Assembly (NCBI GenBank): GCA_964187785.1
Contig: OZ076420.1
Location: 18,538,001 to 18,602,000 of the forward strand
Origin: Amphiscolops sp. MND2022
Taxonomy: Eukaryota
DNA: 64,000 nt
Direction of reading: 5' to 3'
The position numbers and the translations under genes are program-made. The notes under the pieces were generated by a model that was not told the DNA's origin, did not search any database, and saw only the letters and a list, made by a program, of their open reading frames with translations. Shown here in pieces: positions 37,506 to 50,199 of the stretch (its first letter is position 1; each line of letters starts with the position of its first letter).

Positions 37506-39063
37506 TGTTGGAGGTCCCTACCGCGTAAGACGACGTCGCAGTGGAACCACCATCTTGCTTATCTCTTTCCTCGTTCTGGCTTATGATCTTTTCCATCATA
37601 GCTTTTAACATTGCTGTTTCGTCGTGTAAGCGATTAAACCTTTCTTCGTTATCACGTTGTGTAGAATTTTCGTTGGTTGGCGAATTTCTACCAGACTGAT
37701 TTGTTTCATCTGCGGAATTGCTAGAAGATTCCATGTTCGAGTTAAGATCAAGATTTGTGGTTTTAGTAGGAGAATGCGGAGAAGAATTCGTCAATACCTT
37801 GCCGTTTCTAAGTACTTTCGCTGACTCTATACTCATATGCGAGGAAAAGTACGGATGTAGGATAAGAGTTGAATTGTGAAGGAATATAGTTTTAGGTCTA
37901 TCGATTGTATACGTTTAAGAGCAGGTAAAGCAAGTACTCGAACAGTGAAGCTATAGCGTCGTGTGTGTTTTTCGATGGCCCCCTCACCAGATTGATGGTA
38001 AGACTCAATTCTTACCATCGCTTCGTTGTCATTGGTCGTTGAGTGTGGTGCTAATTAGCACTTGGTCATGTGACCGGTTTCTGCATGTCACAAGAGGACT
38101 ACCAACTATAAATCGCGCGCTAAATCCATTTGAATCAATTAGCATGACTTTATAATGAACTAACACCGACAGGCGCTTGTCCTGAGTCATGGTAATTACT
38201 GCAAGTGCGCTAAATTGATGTAAAATGGACAGAAATGAAGTTCTGAACTTCGGAGATGTATAAATGATGATTTGCTAGCACTGAATGAATTACAAGGTAA
38301 AATACAACAAGTTTTGTCGTTTCCCCATCGTTCTACACCAGTTGATCACATTAGTATGGTAGTAGATGAATTGCAGATGAAAGGGGTGTAGTCGGTGGTC
38401 TGCGCAATCAACTAGATGTGAAAACGATGAATCGTGTGAGCAGGGGAGAGTAATTCAATAGGTGGGAGTAGTTTCATCGTTTCTTCATCGTCAGTGACTT
38501 TCGTCCTTTGCGATGTCCAAACGATGAAAGAATTTCATCGTTTCTTCATCGCTTGTATGTTCGCGTCAAACTAACAATTATTAACGATGTATAAACAATG
38601 AAACATTTCCATCGGTTTTTCATTCAGCACAGTTTTTCAAGAGATTCAGCACAGATTTCATCGTTTTAGCATCTTCAATCGATTATTAGACTTGTCACGT
38701 TAGTTTGCTCTGAGGCAGGAGCTTCCTAACGGTCTTAGTTCTATTTTCTCTATTTAGCGGTCCAGTTTGACCGAGAAAACTATCTTCCTTTCTCGTGACA
38801 AGCCATTAAATATAAAATAGCATCATTTGCTTATTAGCACGATCATGAATTGCGGACAAACGGAACTAGAATGGTCAGTATTAAATAAATAAAAAGCTCA
38901 AATCTCACTAGGGAAATAGGGGATTAGGTACAAGTAACGTAGGGTTGCTCACAACCATAGATCTTATTATATGACATCATATTGCCCATATCTAAGTACA
39001 TAAGACATATTATTTACATTACAGATATTTAGTAGATTGTAATTCCATCATGCTGGCATGACA
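37506..39063 (-). repeat. 5' LTR of element B (1558 bp)
   Basis: TGTCATG...CCAACA; followed by PBS; flanked by TSD. Confidence 0.95.
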
Positions 39064-39497
39064 GAGATCCTATTATTTATTTAGTTAATCCAAGGTTTTG
39101 AAAACGCATCAAAAGTTCTAGGTCGCATTTGGTTTTCACACCATCGTAGTTTGTCAACTTTTATTACATGTACATAGTATGTACTTTGAGTTTGCTTTTG
39201 TGATTAAACATTTTGTTTAGGCTATTTTTGCTATCTGACGGGACCAATATTACGATATGTAGATGGAAAGCGCTATTTATAGTAACTTAATACGTGCGTG
39301 TCCTCCCTGTCTATGTATATGTACCCTGTTGACAACTGATTTAGTTTTTAACGAGCGTTCAAACCGAGTTGTCAAAGATAAATACCCAGGACCAATTCAA
39401 ATGACTTCCTGACTTCCATCATGAATATCTTCAACAAGGAGACAACAAAAGATTCGGGCTAGGCTCTATGGAGTGAAGGATATAATGTAACAGCACC

Positions 39498-40007
39498 CTC
39501 TGCAGCTGACTTTGCAATTTTGACATGTTCAGAAAATTTGTCAAAAATTATAATTCGATTTGTGACGTAGCATTGAGCATGTGATTGCTCTTTTCGCTGT
39601 TTTCGTCATTTTCAATGCGAGACGAAGACGAGAGCAGACCGAGCGAGAACACAGGGAATGACATGGCCTGAGAGCCCATATAGACTGTGAAAAGTCAAAG
39701 AAAAACTTTTTGAGGTGCTAACCCCGGTTTTTATCGTTTCTCAGCATTAAGCTACCTTAAGTAAAAATGAAACCGTAAAAATGAGTCTTTTCGCTCAAAG
39801 ATCCTTGTTTGGTATTTGGAGACACTGCGTCCCAGCTTGTAGCTGTGTGGTCTTTCATATTCATGCGAGAGCAAGTTTTGTCAGTTTTAGATACTATTCC
39901 GATGCCAACCTGGAACTGGAAATTTAGCTTATCCCTGGCATTGTTTTTCTGTGCTAGTTAAGAGGTGGTCTTTAGATGGTCAGGAAGTTGCCCGTTACTA
40001 TTAGCAA
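39498..40007 (+). repeat. Dispersed repeat, copy 1 (copy 2 at 63448-64000)
   Basis: Shared TTTGACATGTTCAGAAA..GCTCTTTTCGCTG..GACCGAGCGAGAAC..TAGCTGTGTGGT..GCCCGTTACTATTAGC. Confidence 0.85.
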
Positions 40008-41718
40008 TCAAAGACTAGGACCGGTTGGACAGTATGCGTCGAAGCACCCATGGCTCCGGGACGTATTTCACCCCTGGAGGTAAAATTGATCTGTGGCGAT
40101 GGGCGCCTGTCCTGAGTGATTCAACCATTTCCCCAGGTTCCTTCACCTCTGTTAACGCGTTAAGCGACCGATAACAGTTAGCCGTTGCCGTTACATGATG
40201 TCGGAAAAGAAAAATATGGAAACTATTCTTGAAGTGAACAACTCAAAGCCAACCCTTGTTGAACATGCTTGAACTTTTTACATGTTCTTCAAAGTTACCA
40301 GCAACTTTTATTGTGATTTTTTAAAACTATTAGGGAGACTTTAATGCGTTAAATATTCCCTGTTGTAATCAACTTTTATCAAGCTGCTTGAAAGAGTCAT
40401 CAAAGTTTTGGCGGCAATTTCAAGGCGTGAAGTTCTGCAAGTTTCGTTATGGGTCAGTTCTAATTATAAAAGCAGCTGAGACGTCAAAAGTTTTGCCGCA
40501 AATTACCTCCAATCACATGTGAACAACAAACTGGAGTCATATTCAGCGTCCTATTTGAGAAGCGGTGATTAGATCATGCGACTAGTTGAGGAATCAATGT
40601 GTGAATACAACGTGATCGTTTCCATAAAGAAGGGTGAAATATTTTCAAATTCAATTGCAATAGTGGAAAAGGCCGTGTAGTTCTACAAGTTTTACCACCG
40701 CAACTTTACTGAATTTTATAGGTTTTATAAAAAATTACCCTGCATGCAGGCCTGCAGCATGTAAAGTGTTCCAGCAGTCTCAACTAGGGAATAGAAAAAG
40801 CTTTTGAAAATGTCAAAAAATACGGGGCGTAAAGGTTCTGAAACAATCCCAACACACAAGAAATTACTTCACTGGAAAAAGAAACAGAAATATTGAGAAT
40901 GAAAATGAGGACATTACACAGACAGCCTCTTGGAATCAAAGAAAAATCTTTCTGGGGAAATAAAACTTTCCTTACCTGAAGAGTAGGCGTCACTTGTGAA
41001 CGTCATGCAAATTCAGATGAATAAGGCTACTAGTTCTGCAGTAAATGACGAAGTGACTCCTAACATAGAAACAAAGTGGAGAACGTGCCGGTGCGGTAAA
41101 GTATTTTTGGTACGTGTCCATCCTCTTGAATCTCCAAAATATGCTTTTTTTACTCAAAAAGAATTCTCAAAACAGTCACTACATAATCAAATCTTGGTAA
41201 AAGCTATGTTTAAGTTGTGTCTCAGGTCCATTTTTCAGCAGAATATCAAACACCAAACTTGAAAAGTATAACGAGTGCCACAAAAAAATGAAAATCAATA
41301 TACATAGTAGTATTAGGTACACAATGCTACAAAGACACTGAAGACAGCTATTGTCGTAGGAGAAAACGATAAAAGGATTTTTTGGGATTTTGAGAAGTAC
41401 TTCTGGCGAAAAAGTGCTAGTAGCAAATGTTTTTACGGTATCAATCAAATTAACAGGAATATTTTTGTTTTAAAATGAGTGGAATCACCGAAATGGTAGT
41501 TTCAAGATTTCAACAAATTTTCCTTCGCAGTTGCGCAAAAACTAACGGGGAAAAGAAAAAGTTTTCTTTGCTTTAGGTTTTTTCGTCAATATGTGGAAAG
41601 GAATATTCTGCAATTTGATAAAGTTCATGAGCGAAAATGGGTGTGTTAAGTTTTTTGTTCCCCTAGTGTAACAATTAAGTTCAACTTGTAAAATTCAGTT
41701 GCTAATGTGCCCCGTTAA

Positions 41719-42027
41719 GGTTTAGAAAAGTAAACTATTTCAAATGCAAAATGACACTTTTTGTTAAAATTTCATCCGTTTTTTAGTTCCAGAAAATACC
41801 CCATAAGTATCGCCTTATGCGCCACTACGCGTCTTACCGGTGACCTATATCAAAAAAGTTTTCAAAATTTCTAAAAGTTTTTCCTTCAAGGTTTCGTTTT
41901 TTTGGAAGTCTCCCGTTGGAAAAACGTTGTTTTCGATTTTTATGGGGTAGTTTCTGAAAATAAAAAACGGATGAAATTTTAACAAAAAGTGTCAATTTGA
42001 ATTTGAATTAGTTTACTTTTCTAAACC
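41719..42027. mobile_element. 309-bp MITE with ~90-bp TIRs, GG..CC ends and TTAA/TTGA flanks (Kolobok-like)
   Basis: GGTTTAGAAAAGTAAACT..TACCCCATAA vs TTATGGGGTA..AGTTTACTTTTCTAAACC; TTAA at 41715-41718, TTGA at 42028-42031. Confidence 0.75.
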
Positions 42028-42029
42028 TT

Positions 42030-42470
42030 GAGCAGAGCACATTAGCAACTGAATTTTACATGTTGAACTGTTTACATGCCTGAGGAGTCCTGTATGCTCG
42101 CAAAACGTTTGATTCCTAGTGAAAAATTGAAGGCACTTTGATAAAAGCAAAAAAGAAAATGTCAAGTCGGAAAAACGTCGGTCAAAATTCTGATATGGCG
42201 TGCGGAGAAAAATAATCATTTCGATATATCCTAAGATGCCAAAAATTGTAAAAGTGGGGACGCTTTGTGTATTTTGAAAATCCAATTTGTTGCAGAAAAT
42301 CAAAAAATTGTTGGAATAAAGTCTCACAAAGCAGAAAAATCAAAGAGGGGCTCGTCCGATTTTGCAAATCCACGAAAAAAGTTCTGGGCGAAGCAAGGAC
42401 TAGAACCCGTTGTCCCAGTCCGCAGCCGGACTGGATGGCGGGAGCAGGCGAGTTGGCTATAGGCGAGGAC
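42030..42470 (-). repeat. Dispersed repeat with a Pol III B-box-like motif (possible SINE family; related copy at 63050-63420)
   Basis: Minus GGGTTCTAGTCC near 42400 followed by CCCCTCTTTGATTTTTC, loosely parallel to GGGTTCGATTC..GGGTCCCCCTTTGGGTTTTTTTCGG at 63064-63150. Confidence 0.35.
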
Positions 42471-42859
42471 AAGGCGAAACTGGCAAAACAATATTTCGAA
42501 ACCTTTTTTATTTTGATTGAAATAAGCTGACTTGACAATTAGTGAACTACCAAAGCCAGAAAAATCTAAACCGGAAATAACTACCAAATGAACAGATTAA
42601 AATGATTGCACACATTTACGCCAAGACGCTAGAGCTAGACAGGAAATAAGACCGTTATTCCACCAGAAAACAAAATCGAAATATGAGTAAATTAAGATCA
42701 GATACAAATGATGAAAAAAAAAACATTAACAGTAGAGTTTAAAGCTTTACGTCTTTTTGAGAAGAAGGCAGCTTAATTGCAGCTTTGAAGAGCAATCAGT
42801 GCAATTTAGGACAATTATTTGTCGAAGGTAAACACTTTTGGTAGCGCTGGCTAGAATTT

Positions 42860-43200
42860 TTATAAGTGTGACGTCACAACTACGTAGACAAACTGAGAGA
42901 ATTTATTTGTGACGTAACAATCCCGTCAAAGCGAAGCTAGTCTAAGTTTACGTCAACACTACATCAACAGCGGCAGCTGGCTAAACCTGGCAATTACTTG
43001 ATTTTGACGTCAACACTGCGTCGCAAACCTATGAAACTAGACATTTTAGCTAGTATTTAAATTTACGTCGGTACTATTTTAGCAGAGAAGTACCAGTTAT
43101 GACCGATTTCAATATACGTCACAAATACGTCAATCAAAGTCAATAAAAAACAACAAAAGAAATTCATATTTTAACGTCGAGATTGCGTTGTCTACGATGG
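42860..43200. repeat. Degenerate repeat array with a TGACGTC/TACGTC core roughly every 45-60 bp
   Basis: GTGACGTCACAAC, GTGACGTAACAA, TTTACGTCAACAC, TTGACGTCAACAC, TTTACGTCGG, ATACGTCACAAATACGTCAA, TTAACGTCG. Confidence 0.55.
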
Positions 43201-44399
43201 AAGTCACCCTGAATTAGGTCTTTTGGCCACTTTAGCAGGGCGTCATAAATGAAATTCTTTTACTGGTTCCGTTACAAAAGCTACATTTTATGATCATGTT
43301 GAATAAATTTGAAACATAATTTGAAGGTATATGCAATGGAACTCTGATCTTCTTGCTATCAGGATCGAAATGAAAATGTGCATATAAGTTGTACTGAAGA
43401 TGTTTCCTATGAGTGCTCCCTTTGTGCCTACTAACCAAAGCTATTTTGTAAATTTGTACTTCGACGCAGTCATGTCGTTAGTCAATAAAGCTTGTACTTT
43501 TTAAATACTTTGTATGTACGGATGAGTCTCGACTGTTGCTATTATTTGACACTCATTTAAATAATGTAGATTATGATTGAAATGCGTTACTACACCATAT
43601 ATAGTTAAAGTGCAGTTCGTTAAACCTGTTGAGGTATTTAACATTCGGGTGACATTGTCACCCCGTTATATGATGCGCTAATTTGTATGTGGTGGTAATT
43701 TTGAGTGTGAATCTACTCGAATAATTGGACTCTTGTTAACACAGCAGACTTTCCTTTTCAAGCGTTAAACAGTTTACATTTTTTGGTATATAGTCATAAC
43801 TTTCTAGTCTGAAAATTGCAATCAACTAATAGGTGTTCATGCTCAGTGTTAGCTCGGCGACACATTTTCCCGCCGTTTCAACGCCGTTTCAAGCAAAACT
43901 CGGAAACACTTGATCGAAAACATGAGATACTTCTAGTTTGCTAAGATTGATTAAAATCTACTTCCCGAAGTTGAAAAAATATAGCGACGTCGGAATGAAA
44001 TGATATGATCACGGCAAAGGACAAGTATCAACTTAACCATGGGAGATTATGTATTTTGACGAAATGTCGACGATGTTGATTTTCCAAAAAAAGTGTTCCA
44101 AAAAACAGAATAGGACTAAATGTTCGAAGAAACCTAAGGTACGCCGTTGTGATCAAATGATGCTAGGATGTGATGTTGTCGGTATATACATTCAATTTTT
44201 GTAAAACCACTTTGTACAAATTTTGTTGTCTGCTTTGTCAACAACACTTTGTTGAAACAAGCGTTCGTCGATTTATTCACACAAAATCTTGTTTTCGAAA
44301 AAGTCAAAAAGAATTCAAGAAGAATGGGAAAAACAACCAATAGGAAAGCACGGAGAATCTACTTGAATGTATGCTTTCTCCTATTTTGGTAAAAATAAA

Positions 44400-45370
44400 G
44401 ATCCAGGTGAACCAGACGTATTGGTTGCGGGTCCCTGCCATGCCAATTTGCCACGGGTTAAGAACAGTGCTCTGGAAAGCTTAGGAGTGTCTTTTTGAAG
44501 GAAGGGAGAACATCTGAAATGAAAGGACTGATAATCGAGTCACCGAGAGAATTGTTAAAAGTGCTGAAATCTAAACCTCAAGATCACGCTCTAAGAGAAA
44601 AAGAAACCACTCAGGAAAACGCGCCAAGGAATCTCTACACCCCAACTAGATCTGTTAGTGTGAACATCTCTCAAGATAACGACACTAACGCTAGTCGTAA
44701 CACGACGACAGGAGTCTTAACCGACTCCACCAACCAGGTAAAAAAAGCTAAAGCAGTCAACCGCCGTCAAAGAAACGTCCCTCAGTAGCAGGAACACTCT
44801 TTGCCCTAGACCAGAGTGACACCTCCACTATACCCATGCCGAAAACGCTCACCGGTTACTTCCAACAATGGATGGTGACTCCGAAAATTTCAGGTTGTTT
44901 GTAGACTTGTTTCGAAACAATTTGAAACAATATACTCACATTTCACGATGATACCAAGACTAACTACTTTCACTCTTTGCTCCGTGGTGACGCGCTACAA
45001 GCGTTCCAAAACTTAGAGGACACCAACAAACTCCATTGGGGACATAATGACGGCATTTCATCGTCGTTTCAGCGACTATCAATCTATGGTGACAGCACGC
45101 TGCAAATGTAATGTCCTCAAATTCGATCACACCCAACAAAATTTACATAAATTCTTAGATATCATGTAACAAAACGCCAAGAAGCCTTCGGTTCCAATGC
45201 CCAGCATTTCATAGACATAGCAATTTATACCAAATTGCGGTATCACGTCAGAGAGATACTCAACAGGGCATTTTTGGAAGACAAGCCAAATCGTACAACG
45301 ACATCGTACTTCACTTGGAGCGAGAAACACCACTCAACCGACTAGGAGCACAAGACGAAGTATCTATGTT
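44400..45370 (+). mobile_element. Gypsy gag fragment D (same gag type as element C)
   Basis: MDGDSENFRLFVDLFRNNL.. NYFHSLLRGDALQAFQNLED; decayed. Confidence 0.7.
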
Positions 45371-45379
45371 TCTATTGTA

Positions 45380-48300
45380 ATAAATTTGGAATATTCAAAA
45401 TAGAATGCCAATAATTGAAACGAGACAAATGGCAACAGGCCCGTGAAAACAACGATCCAAACAACAAAAATCCAGGCAACCAACCCAAAAGTGACACTTG
45501 CGGCAAAAATTGCAAAACGGACGGTTGTTGAAACGGAGCTAACGCAGCTGACAATCCACGACCAAAGCTTCCATTCCACGCAGAGCGGAATACGGAAACT
45601 ACTTTAAAACCAACCTCTGCTGAAGAACCACAAAAACTCGATCTCGACGAAGACCCTGCTAACAAGAAGGTTATCAGTATTCTGTACTTATCACTGGGTG
45701 ATGCCGCGAGAAAACAATTAATGGGCAAATATCCGCACACCGCCCTGTGGGACTTAAAGGCCCGAGAGTTAATCATTTTATGTATCGAATGCTTTCAGAA
45801 AAAGAGGAATAGAACTCTAGACAGACATCGAGTTTTCTCAAGACGTCAACAGCCCGGCAAAACCCTATTTCATTTCTGGCACGCCATAAATGGGCTTCCA
45901 GCAATGGGCGACTTCGGGGAAATAATATCTACTTTAGTTTTGGACATGTTTAAACTACACATGAACAATAAGAAGGTGCAAGGAGAAGTGTTGCAATAAG
46001 AAGTTTCCTTAGAAGCAGAAGGAGATGATGCAGCGATTGAAGAATCGTGATAACGGAAAAAGTTTGCGAAGAGTAAACTATATCAAAGAATCGGATGAAG
46101 AATTTGCAGACGACGACAAAGAGCACCTAGTGTTGTGTGTATATGGAGACGGCAGCAAACATTTCTACATGGAAGGGACAATGTGTGGCAATTATTTCAA
46201 AGCAATTATTGACACCAGGTCGCCAGTCTCTTTTTTTACAAAACGGGCGTTACACAAAATCGTGGGGGAAAGAAAAGTAGTGATCAGGGATATGATCGAG
46301 GGAGAACGTTATGTCGAATATAACAAAAAACCCCTGGAATTACTTGGATACCAAATTGTACGGCTCGACGTCTCAGGAATAACAGTGTCAAAAGCCCGCC
46401 CGAGTCTTAGGAGCACCTAATTCGTGAAAATCAATTGTGGGCCGTGATTGGCTAGTTGCTCTCCGCTACAAACTTACGCAGCTAATAGAAAGAAGGGAGT
46501 GTAAAACAAATAAACAAAAAGTAAATTTTAAAGAATCGATCTGCGAGATAAGTCTCGAGGAAAAACGAAACCCCGAGGCTCTGCAATTAGTGAGGGAATT
46601 ACCAAAATTGTTTAAACGGAAAGGCCGTGTGAAGTATTACGAAATCATCAAAATTAAAATGGAAAACGATGCAAAAATTATCCAACAAAAAGGACGCCGA
46701 GTACCAATTCAGTATCAAACTCATGTAGCTAAAGCAATTGACAACCTGTTAAAGGAGGGGCATATTGAAAACAATGATGAAACTCAAGATGATGTGTTTA
46801 TTCAGCCAACAGTAATAACTGTCAAAAAAAGATAAGTCTGTGAAAATTGCCTTAGATCCGAGAGCGCTAAAGCAATCTATAGTAAAAGACAAATACCAAA
46901 TGCCTAACATAGATAATTTAATCGGCATGATTGCAGAGAAATTACATGAAAAAAAGGGAGTCGTGGTATTCGTCGGTAGACATGACTTATGCGTACGGAC
47001 AAACTCCCTTACAAGAATTAACTATAAGACACTGCAATTTTCAAACTGTTAAGGGAAAATCCACGGGCACCTATCGCTTTACAACGGGATTTTATGGCCT
47101 TACTGTAATGCCAACAGAAAGTCAGAAACTAATGGACATCACTTAAAAGGAACCAAGCATGAACATTTGAACAAGGTGAGAGAAGTAAAGAAAATTCAGG
47201 ATGAAGCGAATTCGCAGTTGAAGGCAGAAAAATGTATGATCGCACAAGAAAGCAAAGGATGATTGAGGTACAAACAAACGCGAACAGGTATATCCTCAAT
47301 AAATGCAAAAGCACAAGGAATAAGCAAAATGTTGAGACCACCGAATTTGGAACAATTGCGCTCAATTCTTGGAGCGGTCAATCAATTTAACAAATTCATC
47401 CATAATTTGGCGAATATTAGTTTCCCAATTAAAACACTTTTGAAGAAAGACGCGGACTGGATATGGAACGCTGAACATGAAAACTCATTTGTGAAACCAA
47501 GAAATTCGATCTGTTTTCGATGCAAACAAGCAAGGCCTAGGTGCAGTTTTACAACCAAGTCAAGTCAATGGTGAGTTGAAACCAGTTTGCTTCGCTTCTA
47601 GGTTTTTAACAGGTTTTGAGTCAAAATACTCCATTGACAATTAGAACTATTAGCAATAGTGTGAGTGGTTGAACATTTTAGAAATTATGTATATGGTGTA
47701 TAGCTTAAAATCAGTTCTGTTCACAAAGCACTAAGGACGGTATTGGAACCAAATAGGGGAAACAAAACGTTTTCCAGCAGGTTAACAAGAAAGGTAGATA
47801 GATTACTCCCATTTGACTTTGAAGTAGTACACGTGGCAGCCAGAACGTTAGGAATGGCAGATTATCTGTCGAGACATTCCACAGAACTACAAGGATCATA
47901 AATAAAAGCAGAAACCCTGTGGAATGAATGGTTCACTGTAAATAGCGTAATTATGTTTTAGGTAACAACGAAGCAAGCAGCGAAAAAAGCAAGCCGGCGG
48001 TAAGTGCGAATGAAGCGAATGCTGTTAACCGCCTGAATCAAGTAAACCGAAGACAGCCAACCAAAACGCAGGACAAACGCAATTCGCGGTAAACAACTAG
48101 GAGCCATTGTAGTAATACCGCGCACATTCGCAAGATGAGTCAAAGTCTGCCAATGAAATTACTGAAAGAAAAGCTTTTGCCGGTGAAGTACATCGCTGAT
48201 AAACTAATTCAACGAGTTATCCGTTTAGTGAAAAAATATAATAAAGCCGGAGTTACCCGTCTGCCGTCCCTGTGGATTCCCAGCTTTCTCGCTTGATGAC

Positions 48301-50190
48301 CGCGATTCCCTATACATGGATAATAGATTGGTTATAGCGCAATCAATGAGGCCAATGACTAATGTGCTCTCTTCATTATGGCCATCGGGACCGAGACGCA
48401 ATGCTCGCAATGATTGAGGACATCTGGTGGTCCCGCATTCACCGGGAGGTAAATGACCAGGCACGGTTGTGCGAACAAGGTCTCGAATCAGGTTAGAATT
48501 TAAAATACATGTTGAAACAAAAACAAACAAAGAAAAAACCGGAGGTGAAAAAAACAAAACAAAGAGGTGGCTCTAGAGTTTGCGGGACCCTTCCAAAATG
48601 CTAAAAAAGGGGAAAAAGTATTTATTAGTATCTGTAGACCATTTTTCGGGATGGCCAGGCGCGAAATTTTTACACAGCCCAACAACTGGAGAAGTCATCG
48701 AATTTTTAAAAGAGTATATCGCACAGTACGGGTTACCAACGAAAATACGCCCGGATCCAGATACAGTATTTGTGAGCGAAGCATTTACTCAGTTTTGGGA
48801 AGAGTTCGGAATAAACCACATAACCTGTCCGATTAGAGACTATAGGGGCAACGGAAAAATCGAACAGTTGATCCGAACAATTAACGAGCGACTCTGGATG
48901 AATAAGCAAATTATCCTAAATAGGGTTATATCTGGACTGTCTGAAATCTTATACTCATTGGGAATAAGTAAGAAAAGGACGAGAAATCGACATTTGAAAA
49001 GCATATGCTGAAGGAGCCAAACACGGTAAAATCTAACTTAGTGAGAAATATTCGGGATTTTTCTGCCTAAGACTCACAAGTGGAATTCCAGCCCTCGGAG
49101 TTTCATAACGAGACTGACTCTGCAATATTGGTCCGCGAGTGAACCAAGGGTTCCAAACTGGAAGCAGCCTTTGCCAGAAAAACGAGAAAAGTGGTGCAGG
49201 AAACTCAGCACACAATCGCGATAGCACCCGAGAAAGCGAAGCGGCCAAAAGTTTTTTCAAAAAGAGACATCGCATGCGCATCATCAGAGCAAAAAGTGAC
49301 GCTCAAGAAAACTGGAAGAAGAGCCGGAATAGATGATACGCCCAGCTCGAGTGAATCAGAGCAACCCGCCACCAAGAAGGGAAAGGCAAAGAAATGGGGA
49401 AAAGCGAAAGCCCCAGATATGGCCATCGACTTTGATGAAGGAGCGCCCCTTTCCGTTTTTGACATCTCGTCAACCACCACAGTAAACGAAACAGCACCCA
49501 AAGGAACTGCGGGACAAGGCGAACAGAAAAAGGAAAAAAAGAGTGCAAGACTGAGGAAAGTGCCCCGAAAGCGACCAGCATTTCTGACAATGTGACCATT
49601 TCCGTAAAAGCCACAACATCGTGGCAAGTAGAAAGAGGAGTGTCTGAAAGAAAGCATGTCCACTCAAAAAGATATGGAATCGACTTAATCACGAAGAACC
49701 CGGAAACTCGGCTTGAGGCCGGATGAGAAGTTAATGGGGAAAACTGCTAAACCACATCATCATCTAAACATGTTTAGTTGCAGGTGTTACCTGCTAACTA
49801 GTATAAACTGATCATATTACTGATTTTAATTAGAGTTTGTATTATCGTATTATCAAGTAGTTGTGGGTTATGCCCAAAAAGGGGGAGTGTAGTAGAGTGA
49901 TGAATCGGAAACAGTTTTTAAATAAGTTCATGTAACATTGTCTGAACCTAAAATTTGCTACACCTCATTTGCGTGAGCCTTAGTTTAAAAGACACTACCT
50001 CAACATTCTAAACTCATCATCAATTCACATTTATCCCCTCTATTGTTTTCATTCAATTCGAGAATTCCACGTCAACATAGTTACAGCGCGCCTGCGTTAT
50101 GGGAAACAGTGGACGTTAGGGCATACATCATAGAAGATGCCCCCAACTTGAACAGCAGCATGTAGCTGAATCCCGACGGAAGACTGGCAA
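45380..50190 (+). mobile_element. Degenerate Gypsy element E (gag-PR-RT-RH-IN, PPT, start of 3' LTR)
   Basis: gag LYLSLGDAARK..YPHTALWDLKARELI..RNRTLDRHRVFSRRQQPG; PR IIDTRSPVSF; RT IALDPRALKQSI..VDMTYAYGQ; IN LVSVDHFSGWPG..RPDPDTVF..GKIEQLIRT; AAAAAGGGGGAG|TGTAGTAG at 49888; LTR end not resolved. Confidence 0.88.
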
Positions 50191-50199
50191 CATCGCCAA

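Larger units (their letters stand above)
35240..37836 (-). pseudogene. gag of element B, split by a MITE; two CCHC knuckles (second decayed)
   Basis: ORF from ATG 37836 to LFGK; removing the MITE and one TSD restores LFGKLPVEIQQELTMANKE; CFFCGKQGHRKQEC; CQICGHTGHSARDR. Confidence 0.92.
21078..39063 (-). mobile_element. Full-length Ty3/Gypsy LTR retrotransposon B (~18 kb), coding regions partly decayed
   Basis: Two LTRs with TG..CA ends; 5-bp TSD GAGAT at 21073-21077 and 39064-39068; PBS; gag-PR-RT-RH-IN order. Confidence 0.97.

Noticed and set aside
43232-43438. Short ORF with CSFC as a zinc-binding protein
   Set aside because: Isolated CxxC, no supporting motif or splice context
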